Positions 25,500-37,909 of a stretch of DNA of 64,000 bases are shown in pieces. A program made the translations under genes and the position numbers. Below the pieces are notes generated by a model. That model did not search any database. It saw only the letters and a program-made list of their open reading frames with translations, and was not told the origin of the DNA. Each line of letters begins with the position of its first letter. The first letter of the stretch is position 1. This DNA comes from Balanoglossus misakiensis (lineage: Eukaryota; Animalia; Hemichordata): the NCBI GenBank assembly GCA_040954595.2, contig CM082583.2, positions 218,542 through 282,541 on the forward strand. The letters are read 5' to 3'.

Positions 25500-25926
25500 T
25501 AGTCTCGGTTACCCAGAGCCCTCTGCTTCTTCCGTTAGGCACTCCAGAAAGAGGGTCTGGGGAAACCCGGTAGACAAATTGCCGGGCGGAATCGGGACAG
25601 CTGCGATGCATGACGGGAGCTTAATATTCGGTACGATATTATGATATGACGATATTAGAAAACTATTAACCAAACTTCTCTCTCTCTTTTCAATTTGTAG
25701 ACAGTTTTAGCAGGTCTAGCACTACTCAGCATGTTTTCTTTATCGTATGACATACATGTCGGCCGTGAGGTTCGCGCGCAGGACGTTGCCATTTTGGAAT
25801 ATTAAGCTCCCGTCATGCATCGCAGCTGTCCCGATTCCGCCCGGCGATTTGTCTACCGGGTTTCCCCAGACCCTCTTTCTGGAGTGCCTAACGGAAGAAG
25901 CAGAGGGCTCTGGGTAACCGAGACTA
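25500..25926. mobile_element. Non-autonomous DNA transposon, ~130-bp TIRs, 10-bp TSD (AcademH-like)
   Basis: tagtctcggttacccag...ctgggtaaccgagacta; TSD taaatatctg. Empty sites at ~882 and ~49588. Confidence 0.9.
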
Positions 25927-26209
25927 TAAATATCTGTTGAAGAGTTTCCATGTCAACCATTTTTTTTCAAAATGGCCGCCAATACAGATAATCACACCTG
26001 TTAAACACCAAAATAAATTCAGATTACAATATTTGAAACAAGAAACTACGGAAAGAATGGTTTGCAATAGAACTATGGTTATTAAACTACAAATGTACTT
26101 ATAAGGGTAACTAAGGGATCAAAACACAGGTGAAACTTTCAATCCCTGGTTCTCGCATTAGTATAGGTGCTCCCCCTAGTCAAACATTATGGCTAGTTGC
26201 GATATTTAA

Positions 26210-27062
26210 CTGGAAAGTGCAGTTCACGAAATAAAAACCTGGATGACACATAATAAACTTCAACTCAATGGTGGCAAAACCGAGGTACTCCTGATAAGGT
26301 CTCAGTTCAACCGCTCGCCTCGTCCCATAAACCACATGAGCATTGGATCATGTTGTGTTCAAATTGTGAATTCTGCACGGAATATAGGTGTGACATTCGA
26401 CGACAATTACACTTTCAATAAGCACATTAATGCAATTTGCAAGTCAATTTTCTTCCATCTGCGTCAAATCAGCCACATTCGCCGTTACCTCACTAAGGAA
26501 GTTTGCCAGATGCTGGTTCATGCTCTAATCACATCAAAACTGAACTACTGTAATGCACTACTCTGTGGTTTACCATCATCATGCATGCTACAGCATGCCC
26601 TGAATTCTGCAGCCAGGATCGTTTCTCGTACCCGTAAAACGGATCATATTACTCCTGTTCTCATGGATTTACATTGGTTGCCTGTACACTATAGAATCCA
26701 ATACAAGATCTTGCTTATGACATATAAGGCATTAAACAACACAGCACCAGCTTACATCTCTGACTTAATCCATCTGAAAACTTCAACAAGACTTCTTCGT
26801 TCAAATGACAAATTTCTACTTCATGTACCATGGAGTAAGAAGAAAACGTACGGCGATCGTGCTTTTTCGTATATCGCCCCACTCATCTGGAACAGTGTCC
26901 CAATAGAGGTATGCTAGTCACCTAGCCTTGACAGTTTCAAGAAACACATCAAGACTTATCTGTTTAACAGAGCCTATTAACAGTAACTTTACATTGTAAA
27001 GCACTATTGAACACTATTGCAGTGGAGTTTGGTGCTCTATAAGTCCTTTTGATTGATTGATG
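26210..27062 (+). mobile_element. L2/CR1-group LINE 3' remnant (copy B)
   Basis: Paralogue of 1168-2015; ORF 26243-26917. Confidence 0.9.
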
Positions 27063-30000
27063 AACAGTTTACCACCTTAGCTAAACACATAAACAGATCA
27101 CCGATACGTCCGAATAGCGCGTGTATGAGGGCTTGGCTAACTTGTGACCTCAGCAAAGATCATGTGAAAATGTCCATTTTGTTTGGTCGGGCATTCATTC
27201 TTGTCGGCAAAAACTGCCATAGGAAATTATAAACTTAAGTCAAATTGTTGAAACAATAAATAATAGTCCATGTGTCTTGATACTTCAGATCATGCATCGG
27301 TTCGACTCTGTCTGTAGTCGGCTACCCAAATTTATTGGGAAGTTCGGCCTTTTACACATTAATACGTGTGGTTTTCGATCATATCCTACCGGTCTTATTG
27401 GTTGGCATTAATTTGGCAGTGTGCTATAAGCATATTACATCCTACATCAAACCAAAATAAAGCTTGTGATACTTTGACCATCAGTTTTTGTTTACTTTTA
27501 GTCGCTAGTGAAATTCAAGCTCAGTAATAACTTTACAACTAACTTATTAGGGGCCCAAGCCCCTATGGGTGGGGCCCCTATTGGTATTGCTGGCATTTTT
27601 CTTCTTCTTTGGCACTTTCATCGGCCACTAGGATCTTGAAAACGGCTAAACCTACAATTCTCAAATATGGCACAATGATGCAGGCCAATGAGATCTGGTG
27701 CAGTACGTCCGTGAATGTTAAATTAGTCAAGTGACCTGATGACCATATAAGGGCGAAATTTTCAAATTAGGGTATGTCGATTTTGAGAAGAAGATTTTTG
27801 ATCATTATATTTCATATTTTTTCATTGACCATGGGGGGTCTGGACCAAGGCATAGGCTTTACTATACCCGCATAGCAAAGCTATGACAACATCGTATTTA
27901 AATAATAACACATGTTAGCGAGGGCAATATCATGATCTTTTGCCTGCACAAGGGATGGTGATCTTTGACCTTAATAATATTGATGATGCCCGAGCCGCAG
28001 GGAAGGGCATCATCAATATGTTTCGATGTGTGACGTTACCAGCACATTCCAGAAGACAGCATGGCATCGTCTGTACAAGTTGAGTGAAATACTTAGAAAG
28101 ATATCGCCACATACAGTGACTGGGCTGTGTTCATGTTTTTCTCTTGAAATCATGAACAGTGTTATACACCTCTGTATCAATGCTGTTTTAGTGACTTTTT
28201 CACACCCGTTCTTTTTGTTTTGAGTGAATAGGATAGTCAACTAACTACTGCTGGACAATGGGTGTGAGTTTCATGGCTCTCACATGATGGGGTAATCTGG
28301 GGTAACATTTTGAAAATACCATGTCATTTTCAGAACGCAGTTACGGTGTATGTACATGTGAACAGTGATACATGTACATGTGTAGGTCGGAAATTTAGAT
28401 CGGGTATACACGTCTGCATCTAACACTCAAACTGCAATATTGCCAAACGTGTGTATTATACACGATATACTACATGTAGTAATTCTATTAGACTTAGTCT
28501 GCATTGGTCAATATAATATACGGAAACTAAATATGTCGATCGGATTTAATCTTTCACAGGTCCAGCTGTGGTTGCGCAGAACACGTCTCCATTTATGGTG
28601 TGAACAGGGACTGCTGTACGCATGTGCACATCTGAGTTCACGAGGTTACACCTACTGCGGTTGCGCAGAACACGTCTCCATTTATGGAGTGAACAGGGAC
28701 TGACCAAGGGGCCGAAATGAGAAGCCAAATTTCGGGTGACCCCTTGACCTTTGACCCACCTTGAAAAACACATATCTACTTCTACGCTAACTAATACACC
28801 TAGGGAGCTGATTTTTGGTGGACAGGTACAACTATTGGACCAAATCATTTCGCCGCAATGTCACGTGACCTCGGTGACCTTTGAACTATTTATAACATAA
28901 ATGCTCATAAGTACGTAACTATTAGACCGACAGACTTCATATTTGGTGGGATGAAGCATACACATGTACTTGTTACCCCTTGACCTTTGACCTAATTAAT
29001 TATGTGCATACCTAATTCTAGGCTTACCAATAGGGCTAGAGGTTTTGTTTCTGTTGGACATGGACAAGTGTGGGGTCCAATTTTTTCCATAATATTTTGG
29101 GTGACCTCAGGTGATCTACTTTCTCATATCTCGGCCTCCAGAGCAGGTACAGCCTTAGCATTTCGAGGGATGGGACTAAAATGAAAAGCCGAATTTTGAG
29201 GTCACCTGTACAACTGCTTAACTCATTAATTATGTGCATACCTAATTCCAGGCGAACCAATAGGGCTGAAGGTTTGGTTTCTGATGGACCTGGACCAGTA
29301 TGGGGTCAAAAAATTTTGCCCAAATTTTGGGTGACCTCAGATGACCATTTTGGCTTGCAGCTATATTTTAACCCTAATGCTACTAGGTGTCATACCTGTT
29401 TAGAGTGTCAAGTCCCTTAAAATATGTATTTGCCATTTTTTCTTCCTAAACGTATTTTGACTGTCTTGCCATGGCTCTCATATGTTAGACACACTTGGCA
29501 GTCTAAACCCCCCTTAAATGTACTAAATCGTACTGGTTTGCTCTGGTTTGGTTTGAGGGTCTTGTATAGGCCCTACTGCGTAACACGCCCTTGGCAGCCT
29601 AACAGGCCTGGGAGCCAGGATTCTAGGCACCCTGGATATCAAACTGACTTGGCAGCGTTAGGGTTAAAACTATGTATAATCACATACTAGATGTTTGAAA
29701 AATGGCAATGTCTTCTCTAAATATTCTCCATCCAAAGGGATCTGACAAGGGTGTCCCCTGTCAGCACTTCATTTTTTGTTTGTCATAGCAATTTTCGCGA
29801 CTGTTATATTAGATTTAGAGTTGACTAAAAGATAAATGGTGTCTACGATTCCAAACACATAAAAATTACACCAGTTGTGGACGACACAACATTATTTTAT
29901 TTGATGAGAGTAGTGTTCATCATGCCATAAATATAGTCAAAAAATTTGTTAGTTTTAGAAACCCAACTAAATACACGAAAAGTTGGGCTTTAGATTGGTT

Positions 30001-30409
30001 AACTGAAAATCAGGCTGATTGCAATTTTTCGGGATTAAGTGGCCCGATACTCCCAACAAGTCACTTGGAATGTACTTTCATTCTAATATTGTCATTTATT
30101 AGCATGGAGTAATCTTACTTTTTATCATAAGGGTGGAACCATGATTCATTCTCAAGAGGGGTCTGGTACCAATACTCATAATGGCCTTCGATACCGGCAG
30201 GCATGTATAGCCTATGGCTACGCCCAGCATGAGGTGGTGATTCATACTGTTGGTTGTATGGACTAGCTGGGTTCGGTGACAGCGACACAAATTTTCATGC
30301 AGATCTTGATTACACTTGTAGAGAAAAACAAAAAATCTACATATTGAAAGAAATGGTGATACTTTAAACTGTATAAATTATTATCCCAAGACAATAAATC
30401 AAAACTTAC

Positions 30410-30533
30410 TTTGTTCACAAAGGTCACCAGTGAAAACAATTCTGACAGAATTATGTGTACAGTTCACATGATCCAGATGTCATCTTGCAGAAACCACTGT
30501 TCAAGCACGGATTGGGATCGCATTGGTTGATTC
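30410..30533 (-). pseudogene. 8-Cys EGF exon E15 (copy B, same frameshift)
   Basis: Paralogue of 6985-7108. Confidence 0.85.
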
Positions 30534-30734
30534 CTGGTTTTCAATACACAAGAAAGTTGGGACGATGAGCAATGGGGCAGAGACTGATCATCAAAAATTT
30601 GGGACAGGGAATTCCAACAAATGAGATCATTAAGTCATATATGCAAAGCAAATCAGAAAAGAGAATCAGAAGATTTTCTCCGAAGGACACCTTGCAAATT
30701 CATGATTGGAAAGACACTGCAGTCACATGTATAT

Positions 30735-31550
30735 TGTAGTGTCCAAACACCGGTGAGCATCTATACTTTATACATTCTGTAAAATGACGTAAACATTCGG
30801 GTCATTATGAATAAAGTGCGTGAACGAGGCTAGGCACTCTCACTCTTACATGCCGGACTTGGTGTCTCGTGTTGTCATTATTGCCCACCCACGATTCTAT
30901 ATTTTGCGACGAGGACAGAGAACATGGAGAATCAGCTAGCCGGATCAAGAGGTCAAATCACAAATCATACGAGGATTCACATCAGCCCGTCTCAGACATC
31001 GTGCTCTTCGGGAGGAGACGACACTAGAGAATCTACTGAGTACAGCCTGTTCATTTGAGGTATCAGAGGTTCAGGCTAGTGGGATTGAGGAGAAAACCCA
31101 AAATAATGGTGCAGATACGGCATCTGTGAATGCGGTCAGAAAACAGCGCCATCAACGCTCGAAACCAAATAAACAAAAGAGAGCTCATCAGCAGCCAGCG
31201 AAAGGACCGTCCACTTGTTATTATTGTGGTGGCACCTATCCACATGACTCAGTATGTCCAGCTAAAGGCAAGTCATGCAGGAAGTGTGGCAAACCTAACC
31301 ATTTAGCCAAATGCTACCATTCAAAAGGCAAGGCAAATAGGGTAGACAAGGATAAAACTGTCAAAGCTGTGCATAAAGTGGAAGACAGCTCGGGAGATGA
31401 ATACTGCTTCACTGTACAACAATCAAATGGCAGGAGGCCTCGAGTAACAGTGCAGATAGAACAAACAGCAGTTGCCTCACTGATCGACCCTGGTTCTACA
31501 ATAAACATGATGGGTGTAAACACACACAACAACCTAAAGAACAAACCCAT
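30735..31550 (+). mobile_element. Truncated Gypsy remnant (copy B, internal gag deletion)
   Basis: Paralogue of 7310-8480; CCHC knuckles in ORF 31126-31662. Confidence 0.85.
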
Positions 31551-32048
31551 GTGGCAAACAGAAAGCCCGTTTTACCACTGCCAGCAGTGCATTATTGAGT
31601 ATTTTAGCATCGCTGGATTTAGCTCTCGTCCAATCAGAGTTGCGGACGGTAGCATGATATAATATAGTAATATAATTGAGAATAAATCTCACGACAAGTG
31701 TACAGTTTGACAATGTACACAGATAATCCGTTTCAACAATGTTTCCTTTGTAGTGTGAATAAAACTGCACACTTTGCAAGTTTTCAACTTCAAAACACTA
31801 TGGCTATTACAGAGACAAAGCTGCTAATATACAGTGTATACCTGTCATTTTTGTTTGTGGTGAGATTTTCATTGGCACAGTCGCACAGAGCTCACACTTT
31901 CTGTTGAATTCACTGCATACTGCTAACTTTAAGTCATATATCCACTGAAACATTAAGTTATAGAATTTTTCATCGCAGTATTCTGTTTTATATACATGTA
32001 TAGCAGTCCCACACATATTGATTAATTTGACAAAAGAAACTGACTGAC

Positions 32049-32164
32049 AATTTTCACAGCGCTCCCAGTAAAGCATCCTTGGCAGGTGCACGTCAATGCC
32101 ACACACGAGGTTAGGGTTGGCAAGTGCTGCCATTTTGACATGGGTTGTTAGCACTAATCAATTC
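32049..32164 (-). pseudogene. 8-Cys EGF exon E14 (copy B)
   Basis: Paralogue of 8988-9103. Confidence 0.75.
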
Positions 32165-34104
32165 CTACGCATGACAGAAAAATGAAGAATTAGGCTATGG
32201 GCCGGACCTGCCTATCGTTTCAAAATGCACTCTGTATATTAGGGTCTATTTTTTTTACATAAAAGACAAGTCTTCTTGCTCTAATATGATAAAATAAAAA
32301 AACTTCAACTTAAATATTGCGTCCTCAGAGGTAATATCGAGCCCTAAAAATCAGGTATGCTAATGCGGTTAAAGGTCGTGCAGTTCTCCTTATAACAATC
32401 GTTCGATTGGTGGTTACGTGACTGCATCAATCACAGAATGCGTTATGTCACTCAGCAATTACACACACAGGGCAAACTATCAGGCAGCTACATGTACACT
32501 AGTATACATGTTACAGAAGATTAAACAGAATTTTTGGTAAGGAAAGTTTGAGCAAACTAGTCCATTCAATGTAAAAAATGGTGCTGATTCCAAAAAAGTC
32601 AGTCTTATTGACCCCTTTGAAGACAAAATTGCCATTTTTGCCACTTTTAACCCAAAAGGTCATTAAAAAAACCCACTCAAAACACACTGTTTTCATCACA
32701 TTCGGAGATCTGATGACATTTGAGGATTATGCGGAAACAGTGACACAGCAGAATAAAAATTACAGGTGACATTTGCAAGCAGATATGATCTGACCATATA
32801 GAAATATGCAATGTAAAAACATTAACAAGGAACATGCCCAATAAACTGTCATGTGTCATGGCAGTCTTTACAAGTGGTGCTAGAAAAAAAAATTGACCAA
32901 AAATTGTCTGTACACAAACACATATGCGAAGCAACTTCTTTCAGTCAGCCCTGGAACAGACACACACTGACCTGCCACTGGTAATTAAAATGTGATAGCT
33001 GGTGGTCTCTGTAACAGCTGGCCTATTTAAGTTATGTAAACATGTCTTTGTTCGAGGTAACAACTCCTTGTAAATAGTAACTTTAAAAACAACTGGACAA
33101 TTTGTTTAGGAGAAGATTTGCTAACCAAAAACAAAGAAACTTACCAAAAAAACTCGCTAAATATTTAATCTTTCTGATCTCAGAATTGAATAAAAGTTGC
33201 ACATATACAGGTATGTGTTATGAAATTATATCCTAAATTTCAAAGCAATCAGAGAAAAAACTAATTTCAAAGCAATCCAACAAGCAGTTTCACAGAAAAT
33301 ATTTGTTCAAAAGTGGCAAAAACACAAATATGCAAATATCACCAAAATTGTACAATATCTTACTTCAATCACTACAAGGAACATGCTGCCTAAGTTCAAT
33401 GCAATAGGACAAGCGGTTTCAGTGAAAACAATTTTTGACAAAAATTGCAAAAGTTTCCCCGATAACACATTTATGCAAATATCACATTTTTAAAACATAT
33501 TATTTAGGTTACCCCTACGAACATGCCTACCAAATTGCAAAGCAATCTGGCATGAGGTTTTAAAGAAAAACATTTTTTGACCAAAAATGGCAAATAATGC
33601 TCAAAATTATAGATATGCAAATTTTGCAACAATTTGAACAAAACTATGGTTACTTAGACAACATTAGGAGGCTTCATACTAAATTTCAAAGACTTTTACC
33701 AATAACATGGAAAAACACAAAAAAATGCAAAAAAAATAGGAAATCGATAATATTAGCTCAAAACATACAGGATTGTATGAGGTTGATATAAGGTACATGC
33801 ATACCATTTTTCAAATCAATATGACCAGTGGTTGTCCAGTTTTTTGAGTTTTGACCAATTTCACATTTTCCCAGCTAATTTGCATATTTTTGGCAATGAC
33901 ATCTTCATTTGAACAAACTCCCATCTACAGCCCTGCCTGCATCTACACGCCAAATATCGAGATCATACGCGCTGCGGTTTTCAAGTTTTTCATGTGGACG
34001 GACATACAGACATACATCCATCCATCCATCCATACATACAGACGTAACCAATCCCATAAGTTCCCATGGTACATACCAATGGGACCTAAAAACTTGTGAC
34101 TTAC

Positions 34105-34227
34105 ATGTAACACATGTTTGCCCAGTGTAGCAGGTTGGACAGTTGCAGGTGTAGATTGAGCAGGAGCCTTGAAGTGGCTGATACACTCCGTTATTCAGAC
34201 ATGGGTTTAGAAGACACTGGTTGATCG
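34105..34227 (-). CDS. 8-Cys EGF exon E12 (open; Cys3 to Tyr; copy B only)
   Basis: tag/AINQCLLNPCLNNGVYQPLQGSCSIYTCNCPTCYTGQTCVT/gtaagt; 123 bp. Confidence 0.88.
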
Positions 34228-34674
34228 CTAAGGGTGAGAGAAATGAAAAGTATCACATTAGGGTCTTACACACTTGAGTGGGAAGTGAAATCTGTAGCAG
34301 ACTGTCAGAAGATTGCACATCCGTGTGATCATGTTCATGTGTGAAGGATAATAAAGACCACTTTATCCAAGCTTGGTGCTACCATCTCTATCATAATTAC
34401 AGCATCTTATAATATTTACTAGTTGGGGGTGGGTGGGGTGGGGGTGGGGGTAGTTGATGTCATAACTTTCTGATGTTTCAATTTACGGTTGGAAAAATAG
34501 CAACATCTACACTGATGAGCATTTGAGTCAATGAAAGTATTCATCATGGCTACCGTAGTGCATATAAGTCTCTTGGTTAGCTGCACAATCACAGGCAACT
34601 TTATTGAGACAATATCAATGACAAAGCCCAGCGATTTCTACTTTGTGCGGCAAATCTGACACTGGTTTGCTTAC

Positions 34675-34791
34675 GTTCAGCGCACGTGGTTCCGATGAAA
34701 CAGCGCGGACTCTGGCATCTGAACTCGGTGCAGGACACTTGCTGGCAGAATCCACTGTTTAGACAAGGGTTGGGCTGACACGGATTCAAAT
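34675..34791 (-). CDS. 8-Cys EGF exon E11 (open; one Cys to Ser; copy B only)
   Basis: cag/DLNPCQPNPCLNSGFCQQVSCTEFRCQSPRCFIGTTCAE/gtaagc; 117 bp. Confidence 0.88.
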
Positions 34792-35175
34792 CTGTGCACA
34801 GAAGAGAAAGTGATATAAATTGTGTACAGTTAATATTTACTACATATACTTTAAACAGATTTGTGCAGTCAGGGTTGAGTGGTAAAAATCTCAGTTGGTC
34901 AACAGAACATCACTGTGACAAATTTCTTCCATGTTCAACAAAAGAAACGTAATGAAATTTTGACACAGGTGTAATAGTGTCTTAGTGTACCATACGGTGC
35001 AGGTTGTTGTTTGGTCAAATACACAATCCCCTTTTATGGCACACACATTCTTAATAAATTTCCCCAAAATTGTGTCGTTATTCACTGTTTGATACAGGTT
35101 GGAAGAAACCAACTGCAAGCCGATTATGTGTTATGTTATTATGTTCCTCTTCATCTGAAATTTAAAATCACTCAC

Positions 35176-35298
35176 ATGTCTGACATAAATCGCCGGAGTA
35201 ACAGCTTGTACAGGAGCATGTGAATTCAGTACACCAATTGGGCGTCAGCACACAGTTTCCACCATTCCGACACTGGATGGGTTGACACTGGTTGACAG
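35176..35298 (-). CDS. 8-Cys EGF exon E10 (open; copy B only)
   Basis: cag/AVNQCQPIQCRNGGNCVLTPNWCTEFTCSCTSCYSGDLCQT/gtgagt; 123 bp. Confidence 0.88.
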
Positions 35299-35593
35299 CT
35301 GTGGGATGTGCAGTCAAGATATTGTCAAAATTACAGAATCTACAAACTACACTCCACAGTCATGTACATGTATACATGACAACAACCAAAGGGCTGTTTT
35401 GAAAAACCAAATGCTGTGAAATCCTTTAGAGAGTGACAAGAAACCACAGTTGCAACCGAAAACAAAAATAGTGATAACATTAAGCTAGCCCAAAGTTTGA
35501 GTTACCAGGGCTTTAATATGTGTACCGTACTTATATTATATAATACATAACAAGTGTTTTGCATTGAATAAAATAATATTGGTTTGTACTTAC

Positions 35594-37425
35594 GCATTGT
35601 ACATGTGGCACCAGGGAAGCATTCGGTACACATACAGTCAAACAGGAAACAGCCGTCTCACGCAACGCATGTGCCACCATTTTGACAAGGCATAGGGTAT
35701 AACTGATCAATGGCTGCCAAAACAAAAATGAAAGTATCAATTACCTGCTTGTCAAAAACTTGTACATGTACTTGTGATGTTCATTTCGTTTAAATATGTG
35801 AGCAATGTCTTCATTCCTTGTTTCAAACCTTTACATTTAAAATAACATAATGATGCTATTGCTAGGATTTTTCTGTAAGAATCTTGAAAAATTAAAAAAA
35901 TGTGCCATCAACATGATACAGAAGGCTTTCCTTTTTAACATGCACCTCACACTCAAATTTGACCCTACATCAGCAAATTTTGAAAGGATGAAACTTAGTA
36001 ATGCTTCCACCCCATTTATTGGTGTATGGGTCCATCTATCACATTGAGAATACCAAAAATGAGGGTTTATATACCACGCTGTGTCATAAAACAGTAATTC
36101 GACACACCTACAGCACAGATGGCCCCAGTCCAACACTACTGGCAGTAACAGGTGTAGTCAGTATAAGAATTTGGTGTTTGGGAACAATAGCCTCCATTTT
36201 GACACGGATTCTGATCACATGGGTTAATGACAATCAGAAAAAAAATAGTTTAAAAAACATGAAATGCAGATGGCTACACCTCAACCAAAGATGATTCCTG
36301 CACCACAACAAAATCCTTTGACACAAGCATTATACTGGAACCATACCCAGAACACGCATTAAGTATATGATGAAGGGACAATGTCTCTATTTTGGGTAAT
36401 ACAGTAAAACCTGTCTTTATGGACACCTCTCTAATCAGAACACCTAGTAAGATTGATTTTTCAAGCCAAATAGTAAGGATAATTAAGGACGTCTCTTTTA
36501 CTTAATACTCAGAGGTGTGCACCACCTTAGGAGAGATTACCTCACATGCACAATTATCTCTACAGACACTAGTCTTCAAGAGGCAACTCTTGTATATTTG
36601 AGTGATGAAAACATCCAGCTTCGTACACTTCCTCACAAGTTCGTGCCTATCCTAAATTGCACGGACATACAAATGAAATTTCTGTTTTCTTTTCTCTTGG
36701 GGAAATTTTAGAAATGAGAAGTTACCACACAATTCAATTGCCATGAAGAGAAAGTGCCCAAAAGATTGTCATGTACGGTACGTCAGAAACTTACATATTT
36801 CACAACGGTTACCCTCATAGCAACCAGTACAGGCACAGGTATATGCCGTGCAGGAGTTGGCCACTGCATTACATACAGCCCCGTTGAGACAGCTGTTTCG
36901 CTGGCCTGGATCTTGGACTGCAATAAAAAGTGCAACCTAATGTTATCTCAGCAATATTTACTTTCAAAATCTGTTTGATGAAAACATCATCATTACCATT
37001 ACTGTAAATACTGAACGGAACTTCACTTCCAAAAACAACTTGCTCATTCTGGGACGCACTTATGGGGCTATGAAAATCTCTGTATATGTATCTTGTGTAG
37101 GGAAAATTTTCATGAACGATCAACAGTTTTTTCTTCAAATAAACATGTTTTCTTTCAGCTGTACATCATTTTTGAGGTGACCGATTCCCAAGGACCAAGG
37201 TGTGATGCTGAAGATGAAAATATAAAGTATGACCAACAGACAATGTATTGAGACATGATTGTAAATGTTAGTTCCTGCATGACATATGTTTGTTTTAATG
37301 AGTTTTACACTGGCTGCAGTGTGTGCCGGTGAAACATCCTGGACAAGTACACTCATAAGTTGTACAAGACAGCTGAGTACACCGCCCATTGTTCAGGCAT
37401 GGACTTGGCCTACATGGAGTTTGTT
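35594..37425 (-). pseudogene. 8-Cys EGF exons E9-E6 (copy B)
   Basis: Exons: 35594-35713; 36108-36230 (stop, acceptor ag changed to tg); 36795-36917 (Cys1 to Gly); 37309-37425. Confidence 0.85.
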
Positions 37426-37909
37426 CTGTTTCAATGGCATGAAAAAAAATAGTAGTGACATAAGTTTTTTTAGGGTATGACCATTTCCTTAATTCCTACA
37501 GCTGTGGTTCTATCGGGTTCTCCTATAACTGAGCCTCCTAAATGTATAACTGAACAATAAGAAGTCAAGGGTGCCCTGACACCCAACTTTTAAGAGCAGT
37601 TCATTTACTGAAACTGCCAGCACCCAATATTATCCCACATGTAATCCATATGTGGAAATCAAATACACCTGTAACAGTTTTAATTTACCATGTGGGTATT
37701 TGCATGGAGGGCCATGGTATTTGTTATCTACTGATAAAATACCCTTCAAAACAATATCCTCATTTCTTCAGAAGTTTGGCAACAAGACCAATAAAATTTG
37801 AAGTTTCACATCAAAATATACAATGCATAAATATGCTTAAAGATCTACGGAATAAAGATTGCTTGTTTGTTTGCAGGGTGTCTTGAAAGTATATACTCAC
37901 TTGTTTGAC

